26,755 bases of DNA from a virus (taxonomy: Duplodnaviria > Caudoviricetes). The position numbers and the translations under genes are program-made. Positions 6,952-15,680 of the stretch are shown piece after piece. How positions within the stretch are numbered: the stretch's first letter is position 1; every line of letters starts with the position of its first letter. The DNA is taken from the IMG/VR virus record IMGVR_UViG_3300044642_000312, positions 1 to 26,755 of that record; one strand, written 5' to 3'. The notes beneath the pieces are model-generated. The model did not search any database, was not told the origin of the DNA, and was given only the letters and a program-made list of their open reading frames with translations.

Positions 6952-9462
6952 ATGGCTATCACCAAGCCATTCCAAGAGCTACTAGAGCGACTTGGAAGAA
7001 ACTCTGACGAATCTCTAGCGGTCTGCTATCAGTCAGCCACGCAAGGCTTCAGAGTTAAGAAGACCAAGGTTCAGCACGCCGACATAGTTGTCGAGGCACT
7101 GAACGACCTCAACGCAAACGTATGGTTTGAGATAAACCCATCCGATGCAGAACTTCGAGCACGTGCTGAGGACATCACCAGGCTCGCTGCAGTATGGATT
7201 GACATTGACTACAAGCAAGGTGGTATCCAGAATGAAGCATCAGCTAAAGAACTTATCGACTTGCTTACAAGTCTCATTGGTGTCTCTCCTACTGCTGTTG
7301 TACATTCGGGGCATGGGCTACAGCCATACTGGGCGATTGACCCCGAAGAAGAACTTACCCAAGAGCAGTCAGCGGGGCTTATTCAGCGCTGGGGTGCATT
7401 CGTTCGGTGGTTGGCTGCTTCACAAGGCGGGCAGATTGACTCGGTGTTCGACCTGCCCCGTATCTTCAGAGCGCCTGGCAGCGTTAACCACAAGGATGTG
7501 GCTAATCCAGTACAAGTACGTGTAGATTTCCCAGACAACTGGAGACCACTTAGCTACGAAGAGATTCACGAGATTCTAATTGCTCACGGTTTTGCAAGCG
7601 TTGTCACTATGCCTGACAGCTTTGATAAGATTTCGGAGCACAACGAGTGGGAGTTTGCTACCCAAGACTGCCACTGGGTTGGAAACTTATTCAGCTCAGT
7701 AAAGCCATCCAACGGTGTGCCTAAGTCTCGTCACGGCTGGTTGCTTCAGCAACTTGTCAAGATAAATGCAGCTCACCGCAACGGATGTATTACCGAAGCA
7801 TCAGCCAACTTGATGCTTGAAGTTCTTACAGAGCGATTCAAGTTCTTCTTGACCCAAGCACCTCCCCGACAAATCAACCAAGGTGAGATAGCTGGCGCTA
7901 ACAAGTGGGCTATTGCCAAGATTGAAACGATGAGCGAAGCCAAGCTAAAAGAAGAGCTTCGTGGTCACGAGCACAAGGATTTATTCACAGGTAGCCCAGA
8001 AGACGCCCTCTTCGAGCGCCCAGCAGACGGTCAGTACGATGATGACGAGCTAGCCCAGATTTACAAGGATAGCTACGGAACCTACGGCAAAACTGACGCT
8101 GCTAACGCTCGTAGGCTGGTCTACTTTATGCGTGGCGATTACAAGTACGTGACAGATGTCGGATGGCACCGTTGGGACTCGACTAGGTATGTGCTTGACA
8201 AGGAAAAGGCAATCATGCAGACTGCTATTGATGCAGCTGAGTTTGTACAAGAAACTGCACCACCCCCAGACCAGATGAAATGGGCTGAGGCATCAACTAA
8301 TAGAGACAGGATACAAAATGCCATTATCATTGCTGGGACCGACGATGAAGTCCTTGTCCATGCAGTCGAACTGGATGCGGAGGCGAATGCTCTCTGTACT
8401 CCTAGCGGGATTGTCAATCTCCGAACAGGTGAGATTAGGGATGCAGTCAAGGGTGTTGACCTCAACACTCGGCAGACGGCTGTCCCTGCCAGAGATATTC
8501 CTACTCCGCTTTGGAACGAGTTCCTCAGGGAAGTGGTTGAAGATGAGGATAGGATTGCGTACCTGCAAGAACTGTTCGGGGCGACGCTGTTCGGGGATTC
8601 ACGGTATCACGTTCTTCCTGTTCTAGTCGGAACTGGAGCCAACGGTAAGTCCACACTGCTTGATGTAGTGTCAGGCATCCTTGGCGATTACTCTGCTTCG
8701 ATGCCAGAGAACTTCTTGCTTGATACAAGTAGCACAGCTCACCCAACTGAGATTGCACGTCTTCGTGGAGTTAGGCTAGCTGTAGCCTCTGAGACCAGAC
8801 CTGACGGCAAGTTCAACGAATCTCGTGTGAAGATGCTTACTGGTGGCGACATGCTCTCAGCACGCTTTATGAACCAGAACTTCTTTGACTTCAAGCCAAC
8901 CCACACTTTGTTCTTGGCAGTAAACCACTTGCCAGAAGTAAAATCTGGTGGTGATGGCTTCTGGAGAAGACTCCGTAAGTTTGATTTCCGCAAGACAGTG
9001 CCAGTTGAGAAGCGCAAAGAGAATCTAGCTGAAACGCTGGTTGAGCAAGAAGGTGCTGGAATCCTGCATTGGATGATTCAGGGCGCTGTACGCATCACTA
9101 ACCAGGGCATGACAGAGCCTGAGTCAATTCGCCTGGCTACCCAGTCCTACCGCCACGAAGAAGACCACATCGCCAAGTTCATCGACGAGAAGATTCTGGT
9201 ATCAGACACCTCCTCAGTCACCAAGACAGCCGTATTCAATGCCTACCGAGACTGGTGTTCAGATAACGGCGAGCGCCCAATCACCCAGAATAGCTTTGCT
9301 AGAGAGCTTCGCTCTCGCCTAGGCATCAGTGAATCCGAATCTGTTGGCTACAAAATGTTTGTAGGAATTGAGCTTTTGAAGATAGACTCAATAAGCAACG
9401 AGATGGCAGTCCAGGAAATGATGGGAACACTTGACGATGACTCCGACAAATACTGGCGCTGA
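6952..9462 (+). CDS. DNA primase-helicase (RepB-type/AEP-like primase fused to P4/D5-like SF3 helicase)
   Basis: WIDID, SGHGLQPYW, RIFRAPGS in N-domain; TDAANARR, Walker A GTGANGKS, VASE, KMLTGGD, FWRR in C-domain. Confidence 0.92.
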   Translation: MAITKPFQELLERLGRNSDESLAVCYQSATQGFRVKKTKVQHADIVVEALNDLNANVWFEINPSDAELRARAEDITRLAAVWIDIDYKQGGIQNEASAKELIDLLTSLIGVSPTAVVHSGHGLQPYWAIDPEEELTQEQSAGLIQRWGAFVRWLAASQGGQIDSVFDLPRIFRAPGSVNHKDVANPVQVRVDFPDNWRPLSYEEIHEILIAHGFASVVTMPDSFDKISEHNEWEFATQDCHWVGNLFSSVKPSNGVPKSRHGWLLQQLVKINAAHRNGCITEASANLMLEVLTERFKFFLTQAPPRQINQGEIAGANKWAIAKIETMSEAKLKEELRGHEHKDLFTGSPEDALFERPADGQYDDDELAQIYKDSYGTYGKTDAANARRLVYFMRGDYKYVTDVGWHRWDSTRYVLDKEKAIMQTAIDAAEFVQETAPPPDQMKWAEASTNRDRIQNAIIIAGTDDEVLVHAVELDAEANALCTPSGIVNLRTGEIRDAVKGVDLNTRQTAVPARDIPTPLWNEFLREVVEDEDRIAYLQELFGATLFGDSRYHVLPVLVGTGANGKSTLLDVVSGILGDYSASMPENFLLDTSSTAHPTEIARLRGVRLAVASETRPDGKFNESRVKMLTGGDMLSARFMNQNFFDFKPTHTLFLAVNHLPEVKSGGDGFWRRLRKFDFRKTVPVEKRKENLAETLVEQEGAGILHWMIQGAVRITNQGMTEPESIRLATQSYRHEEDHIAKFIDEKILVSDTSSVTKTAVFNAYRDWCSDNGERPITQNSFARELRSRLGISESESVGYKMFVGIELLKIDSISNEMAVQEMMGTLDDDSDKYWR

Positions 9463-10081
9463 CCCTTGTTTTAGTTGCAGGGCTGGATACCATAACGAAT
9501 GCGAAATGGTTTGGAAATTTGAGGATGTTGACTGCTGTTGTGGTGGCGAAGTAAAGTTCACGGCAACAGGGGAAGTTAAGGACAATGGGCAAGATGAAGG
9601 AATACAGGGACGTCGCTCGGTATCAGAAGAAGTTGATACAGGCTATATCTCAGATGGATACGATGGAAACAAGTCACTGGCTGACTACAAAGACCCCATC
9701 TCCACAGGTAGAAAACGTGCAGCGGAAATGTACCCTATCCAAGCTGGCATGGTTTGTGAGTGGGCTGGTCTTAAGTTCGCTGGTGGTGGTGTTGTTCCCA
9801 TTGTTGGCTGCGTAGGCAGACCAGCATCAGACAGGCATCACGGGCCTGACAAAAACACAATGAACAATGCACCGTCAAACATGCACAGGATTTGCGATTA
9901 CTGCCACAACACTTGGCACGCTGCCAATGACCCATTCTATGGCGAGCGCCCAGAACATACTCAGCCGTTTATTCCAAAGGGGAAACAAGGCGATGATTGG
10001 TTTTTACACGATTCAACTACGAAGGCGACCACTGCGGAAATACTTGAGGCAGAAGCTAAACGTGTTGAAGAGATGGGCTAG
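9437..10081 (+). CDS. HNH-endonuclease-like Cys-rich protein
   Basis: DRHH...NNAPSNMHRICDYCHNTWH; N-terminal CFSC...CCC; ATG 9437 (TTG 9431 alternative). Confidence 0.7.
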   Translation: MTPTNTGADPCFSCRAGYHNECEMVWKFEDVDCCCGGEVKFTATGEVKDNGQDEGIQGRRSVSEEVDTGYISDGYDGNKSLADYKDPISTGRKRAAEMYPIQAGMVCEWAGLKFAGGGVVPIVGCVGRPASDRHHGPDKNTMNNAPSNMHRICDYCHNTWHAANDPFYGERPEHTQPFIPKGKQGDDWFLHDSTTKATTAEILEAEAKRVEEMG

Positions 10082-11046
10082 CCCTTGGCTACAAACTTCT
10101 GTCCTCGGAAGTAAGCAACGCCATCATTAATCTGCACTAACTCGAAGAACTCTTTACCGTCGTCATCGATGGTGACTACTGTGACTCCCTGTTGCCAGTT
10201 CTCGTAATGCTTAGCTGCTGTTCCATCAATCTTTGTGCTTCCGTTGACACTGGGTACTGACCCATCCACTTTGCAAAGACATCCTGGACTAACTGCGACT
10301 GATTTGATTGGTCCACTTCTGTCGAAGACTGTTCTACTTTGGAGCTCTTGTCTGTGGACGTGTCCAAAGATTGTGGAGATGTGAGGGGTGTCGTTTGTAT
10401 AGGCTGCAGCGGTGGAACCATTGCTCCGTACCTTAGTGCCATGAATCGCACGAAGGGTTTCGCTAAGCCAGTAAGCACCCGCTGGGTAAGCGTCAATGTA
10501 CTCAACCCCAATCTCATCAAGTCGTAAAAGGTAAGGAATGCTCATTACTGGCAGTTCCTCGGCATTGGCACGCTTTAGTCCCCACGCACTAGCCGTATTA
10601 ATCATAATGAATTTCTCCATACGGCGGTCATGATTTCCTTCGATAAGGACAATGTGGGCATTTGGCCCTGCAGCTGCACGCTGCTCCTGCAAGAACTTAT
10701 GGCCTCTGTCAAAGGCAGATTGGGTAGTGCCTGCAAAGGCAGCTTCTTGCTCGAAGCGCCCTTGGCTAGGTAGGTCTAGGAAATCTCCCAGGTTGATTAC
10801 GCCGTCAATGCGGTCATTGTGATAAAGCCAGTTAGTGATTTGCAGGGCAACATCCATTGCCTTCTCGTCATGGAAAGATAGCCACTTGCCATCAATGTGG
10901 CGATACCCAATCTGTGGGTCAGGCAGGATAGACCAAACTTTATGCTTGCTCTTTACCTTTTTAGGCTCTTTGGGATTGTTGATGTAGACAGGCTTAGCTG
11001 GCTGTACTAGGTTCCACTCTGGCTGAGGCTGTAGTTTCTCAAGCAC
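10078..11046 (-). CDS. Calcineurin-like metallophosphoesterase
   Basis: DPQ, GDFLD, GNHD, HG and GHVH motifs. Confidence 0.9.
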   Translation of the reverse strand: MLEKLQPQPEWNLVQPAKPVYINNPKEPKKVKSKHKVWSILPDPQIGYRHIDGKWLSFHDEKAMDVALQITNWLYHNDRIDGVINLGDFLDLPSQGRFEQEAAFAGTTQSAFDRGHKFLQEQRAAAGPNAHIVLIEGNHDRRMEKFIMINTASAWGLKRANAEELPVMSIPYLLRLDEIGVEYIDAYPAGAYWLSETLRAIHGTKVRSNGSTAAAYTNDTPHISTIFGHVHRQELQSRTVFDRSGPIKSVAVSPGCLCKVDGSVPSVNGSTKIDGTAAKHYENWQQGVTVVTIDDDGKEFFELVQINDGVAYFRGQKFVAKG

Positions 11047-11260
11047 AAGCGCACTTTCTCGACCTGTGTAATCTCACTTGCTCATCATAACACTTGAAGC
11101 CACGCTCAGTGAGCTCCTTGGCTAGCCCTACATTTTGCCAGCGAGAATCCGCCAAGCTTTCGTCAAGTATCTTGAGGTCTTTAGCTGACAGAGTTTCTCT
11201 TGCGCTCTTATAGAAAGCGCAAATGGCTTCTCTTTGAGGCGGGGTAAGGCCTTCTAACAT
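11039..11260 (-). CDS. Small hypothetical protein (possible HTH/metal-binding), coupled to the phosphoesterase
   Basis: Start moved to ATG 11260 after AAGGAG SD; ends HRSRKCACA. Confidence 0.75.
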   Translation of the reverse strand: MLEGLTPPQREAICAFYKSARETLSAKDLKILDESLADSRWQNVGLAKELTERGFKCYDEQVRLHRSRKCACA

Positions 11261-11286
11261 GGTCGTCTCCTTCATGTATTACTTGA

Positions 11287-11316
11287 AGCTTAGTAGCCCC
11301 TGTAAAGGCATGTCAA
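11287..11316 (-). promoter_or_regulatory. SigA/sigma70-type promoter TTGACA-N18-TAAGCT
   Basis: Perfect -35 at 11316-11311, TANNNT -10 at 11292-11287, intergenic. Confidence 0.7.
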
Positions 11317-11336
11317 GCACTCTAAAGGGGTGAGTT

Positions 11337-11588
11337 TTAGTCCCTTTTGCTAGGCTTTGAATCCTTGTCAGCAATCTTACCAAAGCTCTTGTTGATTTCA
11401 TCAGCGTCAATCCTGCCGTCTGCTAGGTAGGACCTAGATAGTTCCTGGGCAACGTCGATGATTCCAGCAAATGCAGCCATAGCGACAGCCTGAGCTACCT
11501 CTAGGCCGATTACGGCTCCACCTACGAAGATACCAGTGACCTTCAGGACGATTACTGCAAATGTTCTACGGGCGATGTCTAACCACAT
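11337..11588 (-). CDS. Putative holin
   Basis: 83 aa, hydrophobic N-half, charged C-tail, directly downstream of endolysin. Confidence 0.7.
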   Translation of the reverse strand: MWLDIARRTFAVIVLKVTGIFVGGAVIGLEVAQAVAMAAFAGIIDVAQELSRSYLADGRIDADEINKSFGKIADKDSKPSKRD

Positions 11589-11591
11589 GGC

Positions 11592-12215
11592 TTATTTCCT
11601 TGTCTTTTTAGTGTTAACAGTTGGCTTGGCTGTCTCTACTTTTTTGACTGGCTCGTGTACTGGAGCAGGTAATACCTCGCCAGTATCAGGAGTTGCCAGG
11701 TTTACTGATTGCTTTAGCTCCCATTGTTCAATGGTTGCTCTAACAAACTTCAGTGGGTCCACATAGCCTGAGCCGTCAGATGTCCAGCGCAGGTAGCGAC
11801 CCTTGCAAATCTCAAAATGAAGGTGGCGACCAGCAGATGCGCCAGTGTTGCCCATGATGCCAAGCCTGGTTCCAGCCTTGACCTTCTCGCCTTTTGTCAC
11901 GGTCAGGGAGTTCTCAACCATGTGGGCATAGCGAGATGTGTACCATTCGCCGTTAATCTTGGAACGGATATCAACGTACCATCCAACCCCACCAAGGGAG
12001 CCATCTGGGTTCTTTAGCTTAGATGTGCCAGCTGCAATAACAGTGCCATCGTGCCAAGCTTCATTCCAAGTTTTTGCCTTTGGAGCCCAAAGGTCACAGC
12101 CGTTATGATGCTTTTTGTACTTTTCTATAGGATGTATTCTCCATCCAAAAGGACTCGTGACCTTCCAGTCTTTCTTGAATACGCCGTCAAGGGGCATCTG
12201 AGGTTTAGTTTGCAT
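11592..12215 (-). CDS. Endolysin, M23-family metallopeptidase
   Basis: TSPFGWR, HNGCD (HxxxD), YAHM, GNTG, HLH. Confidence 0.88.
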   Translation of the reverse strand: MQTKPQMPLDGVFKKDWKVTSPFGWRIHPIEKYKKHHNGCDLWAPKAKTWNEAWHDGTVIAAGTSKLKNPDGSLGGVGWYVDIRSKINGEWYTSRYAHMVENSLTVTKGEKVKAGTRLGIMGNTGASAGRHLHFEICKGRYLRWTSDGSGYVDPLKFVRATIEQWELKQSVNLATPDTGEVLPAPVHEPVKKVETAKPTVNTKKTRK

Positions 12216-12230
12216 ACCCCTATTGTACCA
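12216..12230 (-). promoter_or_regulatory. Extended -10 TGgTACAAT 6 nt before endolysin ATG (leaderless)
   Basis: Minus strand TGGTACAAT-AGGGGT-ATG. Confidence 0.7.
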
Positions 12231-12246
12231 GACTACAGCAAAGTGG

Positions 12247-13140
12247 TTATGCCCAGGTTATGTTGCCTGCTCCTGCAGTAATTGAAGTAACCCTGAAGCT
12301 ACCGTCATTTGCTGTCGTTCCTGTCAGGCCAGCTCCAATTTGTGCTGTGTATAGATTCGGGTATCTTATAATTACAATCCCAGAACCACCGTTTGAAGGA
12401 AGCACATTGTTGTTTACTCTAAAACCACCACCACCACCACCACCTGTGTTAACAGCTCCAGGCGTAGATGCACCAGGGCCGTCAGTTGCACCGTTACCAC
12501 CGCCTCCAGCACCTCCAACACCAGGAGTGTAGCGACCACCACCACCACCGCCTCCAGCACGAGTAACAGACGTTCCAGTTATAGAAGAAGCTGTTCCATT
12601 TCCGCCGTTGCCACCAATTAGGTTATCGTTAGGCTGTCCAACGGCACTAGCACCACCACCACCACCACCGCCAGGAATGAAGCCTCCCCCAGCGCCACCA
12701 CTTCCACCATTGTTTCCTTGACTTGGTATGGTTGCAGGAGTGTTTCCAGCTCCACCATTCACAGCAGGGTTCGAGCCTCCACCACCACCAGAACCACCAG
12801 CAATACCGTTTTCAGCTTGGTTTCCACCTCTACCGCCACCAGCACTTGTAAAAGTGTGAAATATTGAATTAACACCGCTAGTGTTCTGTGCGACTCCGCC
12901 TGCCCCAATTGATACAGCAAAAGTAGAAGCTGGGTTTATAATTGAACCTGAGAATGCTCGGTATCCGCCAGCACCGCCACCGCCACCGCCACCGCCACCG
13001 CCAGAGTAACCGCCACCGCCACCGCCACCGATTACAAGAAGGTCAACGGAAAGCTCAACGGCACTTGCGTTGCCAGCAAGCATCGTATTGTATTTTCTGT
13101 TATTTGCAATGCCCGCCATTTTTAGGCTTTGATTAGCCAT
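12247..13140 (-). CDS. Glycine-rich putative receptor-binding/adhesin protein (copy B)
   Basis: Many poly-Gly runs, GGSGIVIIRY motif; paralog of 14108..14944. Confidence 0.8.
   Translation of the reverse strand: MANQSLKMAGIANNRKYNTMLAGNASAVELSVDLLVIGGGGGGGYSGGGGGGGGGGAGGYRAFSGSIINPASTFAVSIGAGGVAQNTSGVNSIFHTFTSAGGGRGGNQAENGIAGGSGGGGGSNPAVNGGAGNTPATIPSQGNNGGSGGAGGGFIPGGGGGGGASAVGQPNDNLIGGNGGNGTASSITGTSVTRAGGGGGGGRYTPGVGGAGGGGNGATDGPGASTPGAVNTGGGGGGGFRVNNNVLPSNGGSGIVIIRYPNLYTAQIGAGLTGTTANDGSFRVTSITAGAGNITWA
12973..13030. repeat. (ACCGCC)n microsatellite encoding Gly10 and Gly7
   Basis: 5 units at 12973-13002 and about 3.7 units at 13009-13030. Confidence 0.9.
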
Positions 13141-13148
13141 AATTAGTC

Positions 13149-13481
13149 CTAAAGGTCTATTTCGCTACCGAACAAAGAAAAAGACAGATTTGCTGTGCTT
13201 CCATAAATTGTTATTACATCTGTTGTTGCAAGGGTCAAACCCAAAGTTAGGGTTGTCGAGTCCCCACCACCAACAGCTACGTCATAAGCTACATAGTGCT
13301 CATTTGCTAAAGTTGCGCCAGCTGGTCGCACTGCTACTCTGTAAGAGGCATTTGCACCCGACCTATTGGCAATCACTAAAGTAGAAACAACTGTTTCTTT
13401 TAGCGCTGGCACGGTATAAAGAGTGGTGTTTGTAGTTGCGCTAGGAGCTACCTGTCCTAGAACTTTGTACCTTGTTGCCAT
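13149..13481 (-). CDS. Small beta-rich virion/adaptor protein (copy B)
   Basis: TTLYTVPA motif, ends FGSEIDL; paralog of 14944..15249. Confidence 0.75.
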   Translation of the reverse strand: MATRYKVLGQVAPSATTNTTLYTVPALKETVVSTLVIANRSGANASYRVAVRPAGATLANEHYVAYDVAVGGGDSTTLTLGLTLATTDVITIYGSTANLSFSLFGSEIDL

Positions 13482-13482
13482 T

Positions 13483-13710
13483 TTAGGCTCCCATCAATAA
13501 GAATGAACTAAAGTTTGCTTCGCCAGCTACACCTGGTGCACCATTGGTACCATTGGTGCCATTGGTGCCATTTGTTCCCGCTGGACCAGCTGGTCCAGCT
13601 ACAGAAATACCCTGGCTTTGCCAAGTAGTACCGTTCCATTTCCAGGTAATGCTACCTACTGTAAAGGTGTCATTAACAGCTGGGCTGTTGGGAAAATCTA
13701 TTGCTGGCAT
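13483..13710 (-). CDS. Short collagen-like fibre protein (copy B)
   Basis: GPA/GTN Gly-X-Y repeats; N-terminal DFPNSP...WKWNGTTW; ends LMGA. Confidence 0.8.
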   Translation of the reverse strand: MPAIDFPNSPAVNDTFTVGSITWKWNGTTWQSQGISVAGPAGPAGTNGTNGTNGTNGAPGVAGEANFSSFLLMGA

Positions 13711-13725
13711 AGCTTCTATTGTACC
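13711..13725 (-). promoter_or_regulatory. -10 TACAAT 7 nt before ATG 13710 (leaderless)
   Basis: GGTACAATAG is identical to the endolysin promoter; no SD. Confidence 0.7.
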
Positions 13726-14091
13726 TTACTCTGCTAGGGTTTCGGGTAAGTCTACAAGGTCCCAAGCAAGCTCAGCTTCGTTCCAAATGTAAGGCAATCC
13801 ATCAGTTGGGTATGCTACTGGAGCTTCCCATCTAGCGGTTGCTTCGTCAAGCACCCAAGATGCAAACGGCTTAGGGGCAATGAATGCGTCCAGCTCAGCG
13901 TCGTAGGTGTAGCCAAGACCAGCGTAGTTTTTACGGTAGTTACCGTTGTAGCTGGTTCGCTTGCAAACCTGACCACGAAAGTTGCCATACCAGGTTTCGG
14001 TGTCTAGTTCTTCAATTAGCTCAGTCTCGTCAATCCCAGTAATCACCTCGGTGACAATGTTGTTGTCATCTAAAAATGCGTAGTGTGCCAT
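13726..14091 (-). CDS. Tail-fibre-associated hypothetical protein (possible assembly chaperone)
   Basis: MAHYAFLD...KRTSYN...KNYAGLGYTYD...FIAPKPFASW; follows a Gly-rich gene; AAAGG SD. Confidence 0.75.
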   Translation of the reverse strand: MAHYAFLDDNNIVTEVITGIDETELIEELDTETWYGNFRGQVCKRTSYNGNYRKNYAGLGYTYDAELDAFIAPKPFASWVLDEATARWEAPVAYPTDGLPYIWNEAELAWDLVDLPETLAE

Positions 14092-14107
14092 TATTTATTG
14101 CCTTTCA

Positions 14108-14944
14108 TTATGCTACCCAACTAACGTTTCCAGTTCCTGCAGTGATAGTCGTTATCTTATTTCCGCCATTTGTTGCAGTTGTAGCGGTAAGCCCCGCTCC
14201 AATTGTAATATTGTAAGAAGATGGATACCTTAGGAGAATAACGCCAGAGCCACCAGCATTTTGCGAATTCCCACCATTTCCAGTATTGACAGCACCAGCG
14301 CCAGCACTTGAGAAGTTTCCATTTCCAAGGTAGCCGTGACCACCAGCAGCTCTAGTGATTGCTGAACCAGTTATGCTTGAGCTAACTCCCGCACCAGCAG
14401 CTCCCGCTGAGCCAGCACCACCTGCACCTCCACCGCCACCTCCAGCGAAACTGCTTGAAGTATTACTGTTACCTCCAGAATAACCTTCATTAGCAGTGCC
14501 AGCTCCTCCAATTCCTTGAGTTCCGCTGTTACCACCACCACCACCACCAGAGCCACCGATACCGCCAGGGGATGAGTTTCCACTACCACCAGCACCACCA
14601 CCAACAGTAGAGATTATGCCAAAAGAACTTTGTACGCCTTGCGAAGCAAGTGGACCACCAGCTCCAACAGAAACAGAGTAACTAACTAAAGTATTGTTTG
14701 GATTTGCAGAAAAAGCAGCTTCAGCGCTAGCCCCGCCACCAGACATTCCTCCAGTCACATTACTTCTAAATCCACCAGCACCACCGCCACCACCAAATTG
14801 GTTACCAGCACCGCCACCTCCAGCAATTACAAGATATTGAAGAGGGAAGGATGGGGAGAACATAGCATTTCCAGCGAGCATAGAGGAGTAATTAGTCCTG
14901 TCAGTTTTTAGACCACCCGAATTTGAAAGCTTATAGACTCCCAT
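14108..14944 (-). CDS. Glycine-rich putative receptor-binding/adhesin protein (copy A)
   Basis: YLVIAGGG, poly-Gly runs, GGSGVILLRY. Confidence 0.8.
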   Translation of the reverse strand: MGVYKLSNSGGLKTDRTNYSSMLAGNAMFSPSFPLQYLVIAGGGGAGNQFGGGGGAGGFRSNVTGGMSGGGASAEAAFSANPNNTLVSYSVSVGAGGPLASQGVQSSFGIISTVGGGAGGSGNSSPGGIGGSGGGGGGNSGTQGIGGAGTANEGYSGGNSNTSSSFAGGGGGGAGGAGSAGAAGAGVSSSITGSAITRAAGGHGYLGNGNFSSAGAGAVNTGNGGNSQNAGGSGVILLRYPSSYNITIGAGLTATTATNGGNKITTITAGTGNVSWVA

Positions 14945-15249
14945 TAGCTTATCTCTACCCCAGAAATGTGGAAGTTAATTGTAGTGGCAGAGGCTCCGCC
15001 TGTGATTGTTTGAGTGGCATTAAGGGTTTGCTTTATGTCAATAACACTTGAGTCCAAAGCTCCTACTGATACTGTAGTTGCGAAATTCGTACCGTTCAGA
15101 CCTAATGTAAAACTACCAGCAGAGCTTGTGGTGTTAGTAACAACGATGCTGGTCACGACGGTAGTAGTTGCAGCAGGGACTGTGTAGAGCGTAGTGCCTA
15201 CTGTAGTAGTGGCTGCTCCACGGAATAAAGTTTTTGGTGTTGACGGCAT
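14944..15249 (-). CDS. Small beta-rich virion/adaptor protein (copy A)
   Basis: TTLYTVPA motif, ends SGVEIS; TAATG coupling at both ends. Confidence 0.75.
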   Translation of the reverse strand: MPSTPKTLFRGAATTTVGTTLYTVPAATTTVVTSIVVTNTTSSAGSFTLGLNGTNFATTVSVGALDSSVIDIKQTLNATQTITGGASATTINFHISGVEIS

Positions 15250-15662
15250 TAGATAGCTCCCATGAGTGTAATTGCGTATAGTTCATCTGTGTTTGCGCTT
15301 GACCCAGCTGGCCCTGTTGCGCCTGTTGCTCCAGTTGCTCCAGTTGCTCCAGTTGCTCCCGCTGGTCCAGTGATTGCTGGGCTTAGCTCAATCCAGTAAG
15401 AATCGTAGCGGATGTAGGTGATTCCGTTTGTTGAGTTGAACCAAAGAGCACCTTGGTCAGGGCTAGCTGGTGCAGTCTCGGATACTTCAATGCCACCACC
15501 GCCAGCGTACTTTAGTGCGGTCCAGCTCTGGCTGCCATTTCCTAGTTTGAATTTACCAGTGTCAGTCTCAAAGCCAGTTTCACCAGCTGCAAGAGTTGGG
15601 TTTGTAGAGGTCCACTGTGCAGCGGTACCACGTCTAAGTTGGATTAGATTGACTACAGGCAT
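15249..15662 (-). CDS. Collagen-like tail fibre protein with Mtd-N/hyaluronidase-type N-terminal domain (copy A)
   Basis: IQLRRGTAAQW...GETGFETDTGKFKLGNG; (GAT)n collagen repeat (9-nt tandem at 15325-15360); ends LMGAI. Confidence 0.8.
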   Translation of the reverse strand: MPVVNLIQLRRGTAAQWTSTNPTLAAGETGFETDTGKFKLGNGSQSWTALKYAGGGGIEVSETAPASPDQGALWFNSTNGITYIRYDSYWIELSPAITGPAGATGATGATGATGATGPAGSSANTDELYAITLMGAI

Positions 15663-15675
15663 AGTCCCTATTCTA
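15663..15675 (-). promoter_or_regulatory. -10 TAGAAT 7 nt before ATG 15662 (leaderless)
   Basis: Minus strand GTAGAATAGGGACT-ATG. Confidence 0.65.
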
Positions 15676-15680
15676 CACTA

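Noticed and set aside
12260-13136. Plus-strand Pro-rich and HRHR-repeat ORFs (12260..12532, 12942..13136)
   Set aside because: They are antisense shadows of the poly-Gly codons.
15249-15662. Diversity-generating retroelement suggested by the Mtd-N-like domain
   Set aside because: No reverse transcriptase or template/variable repeat pair was seen; the N-terminal domain is a generic fibre module.
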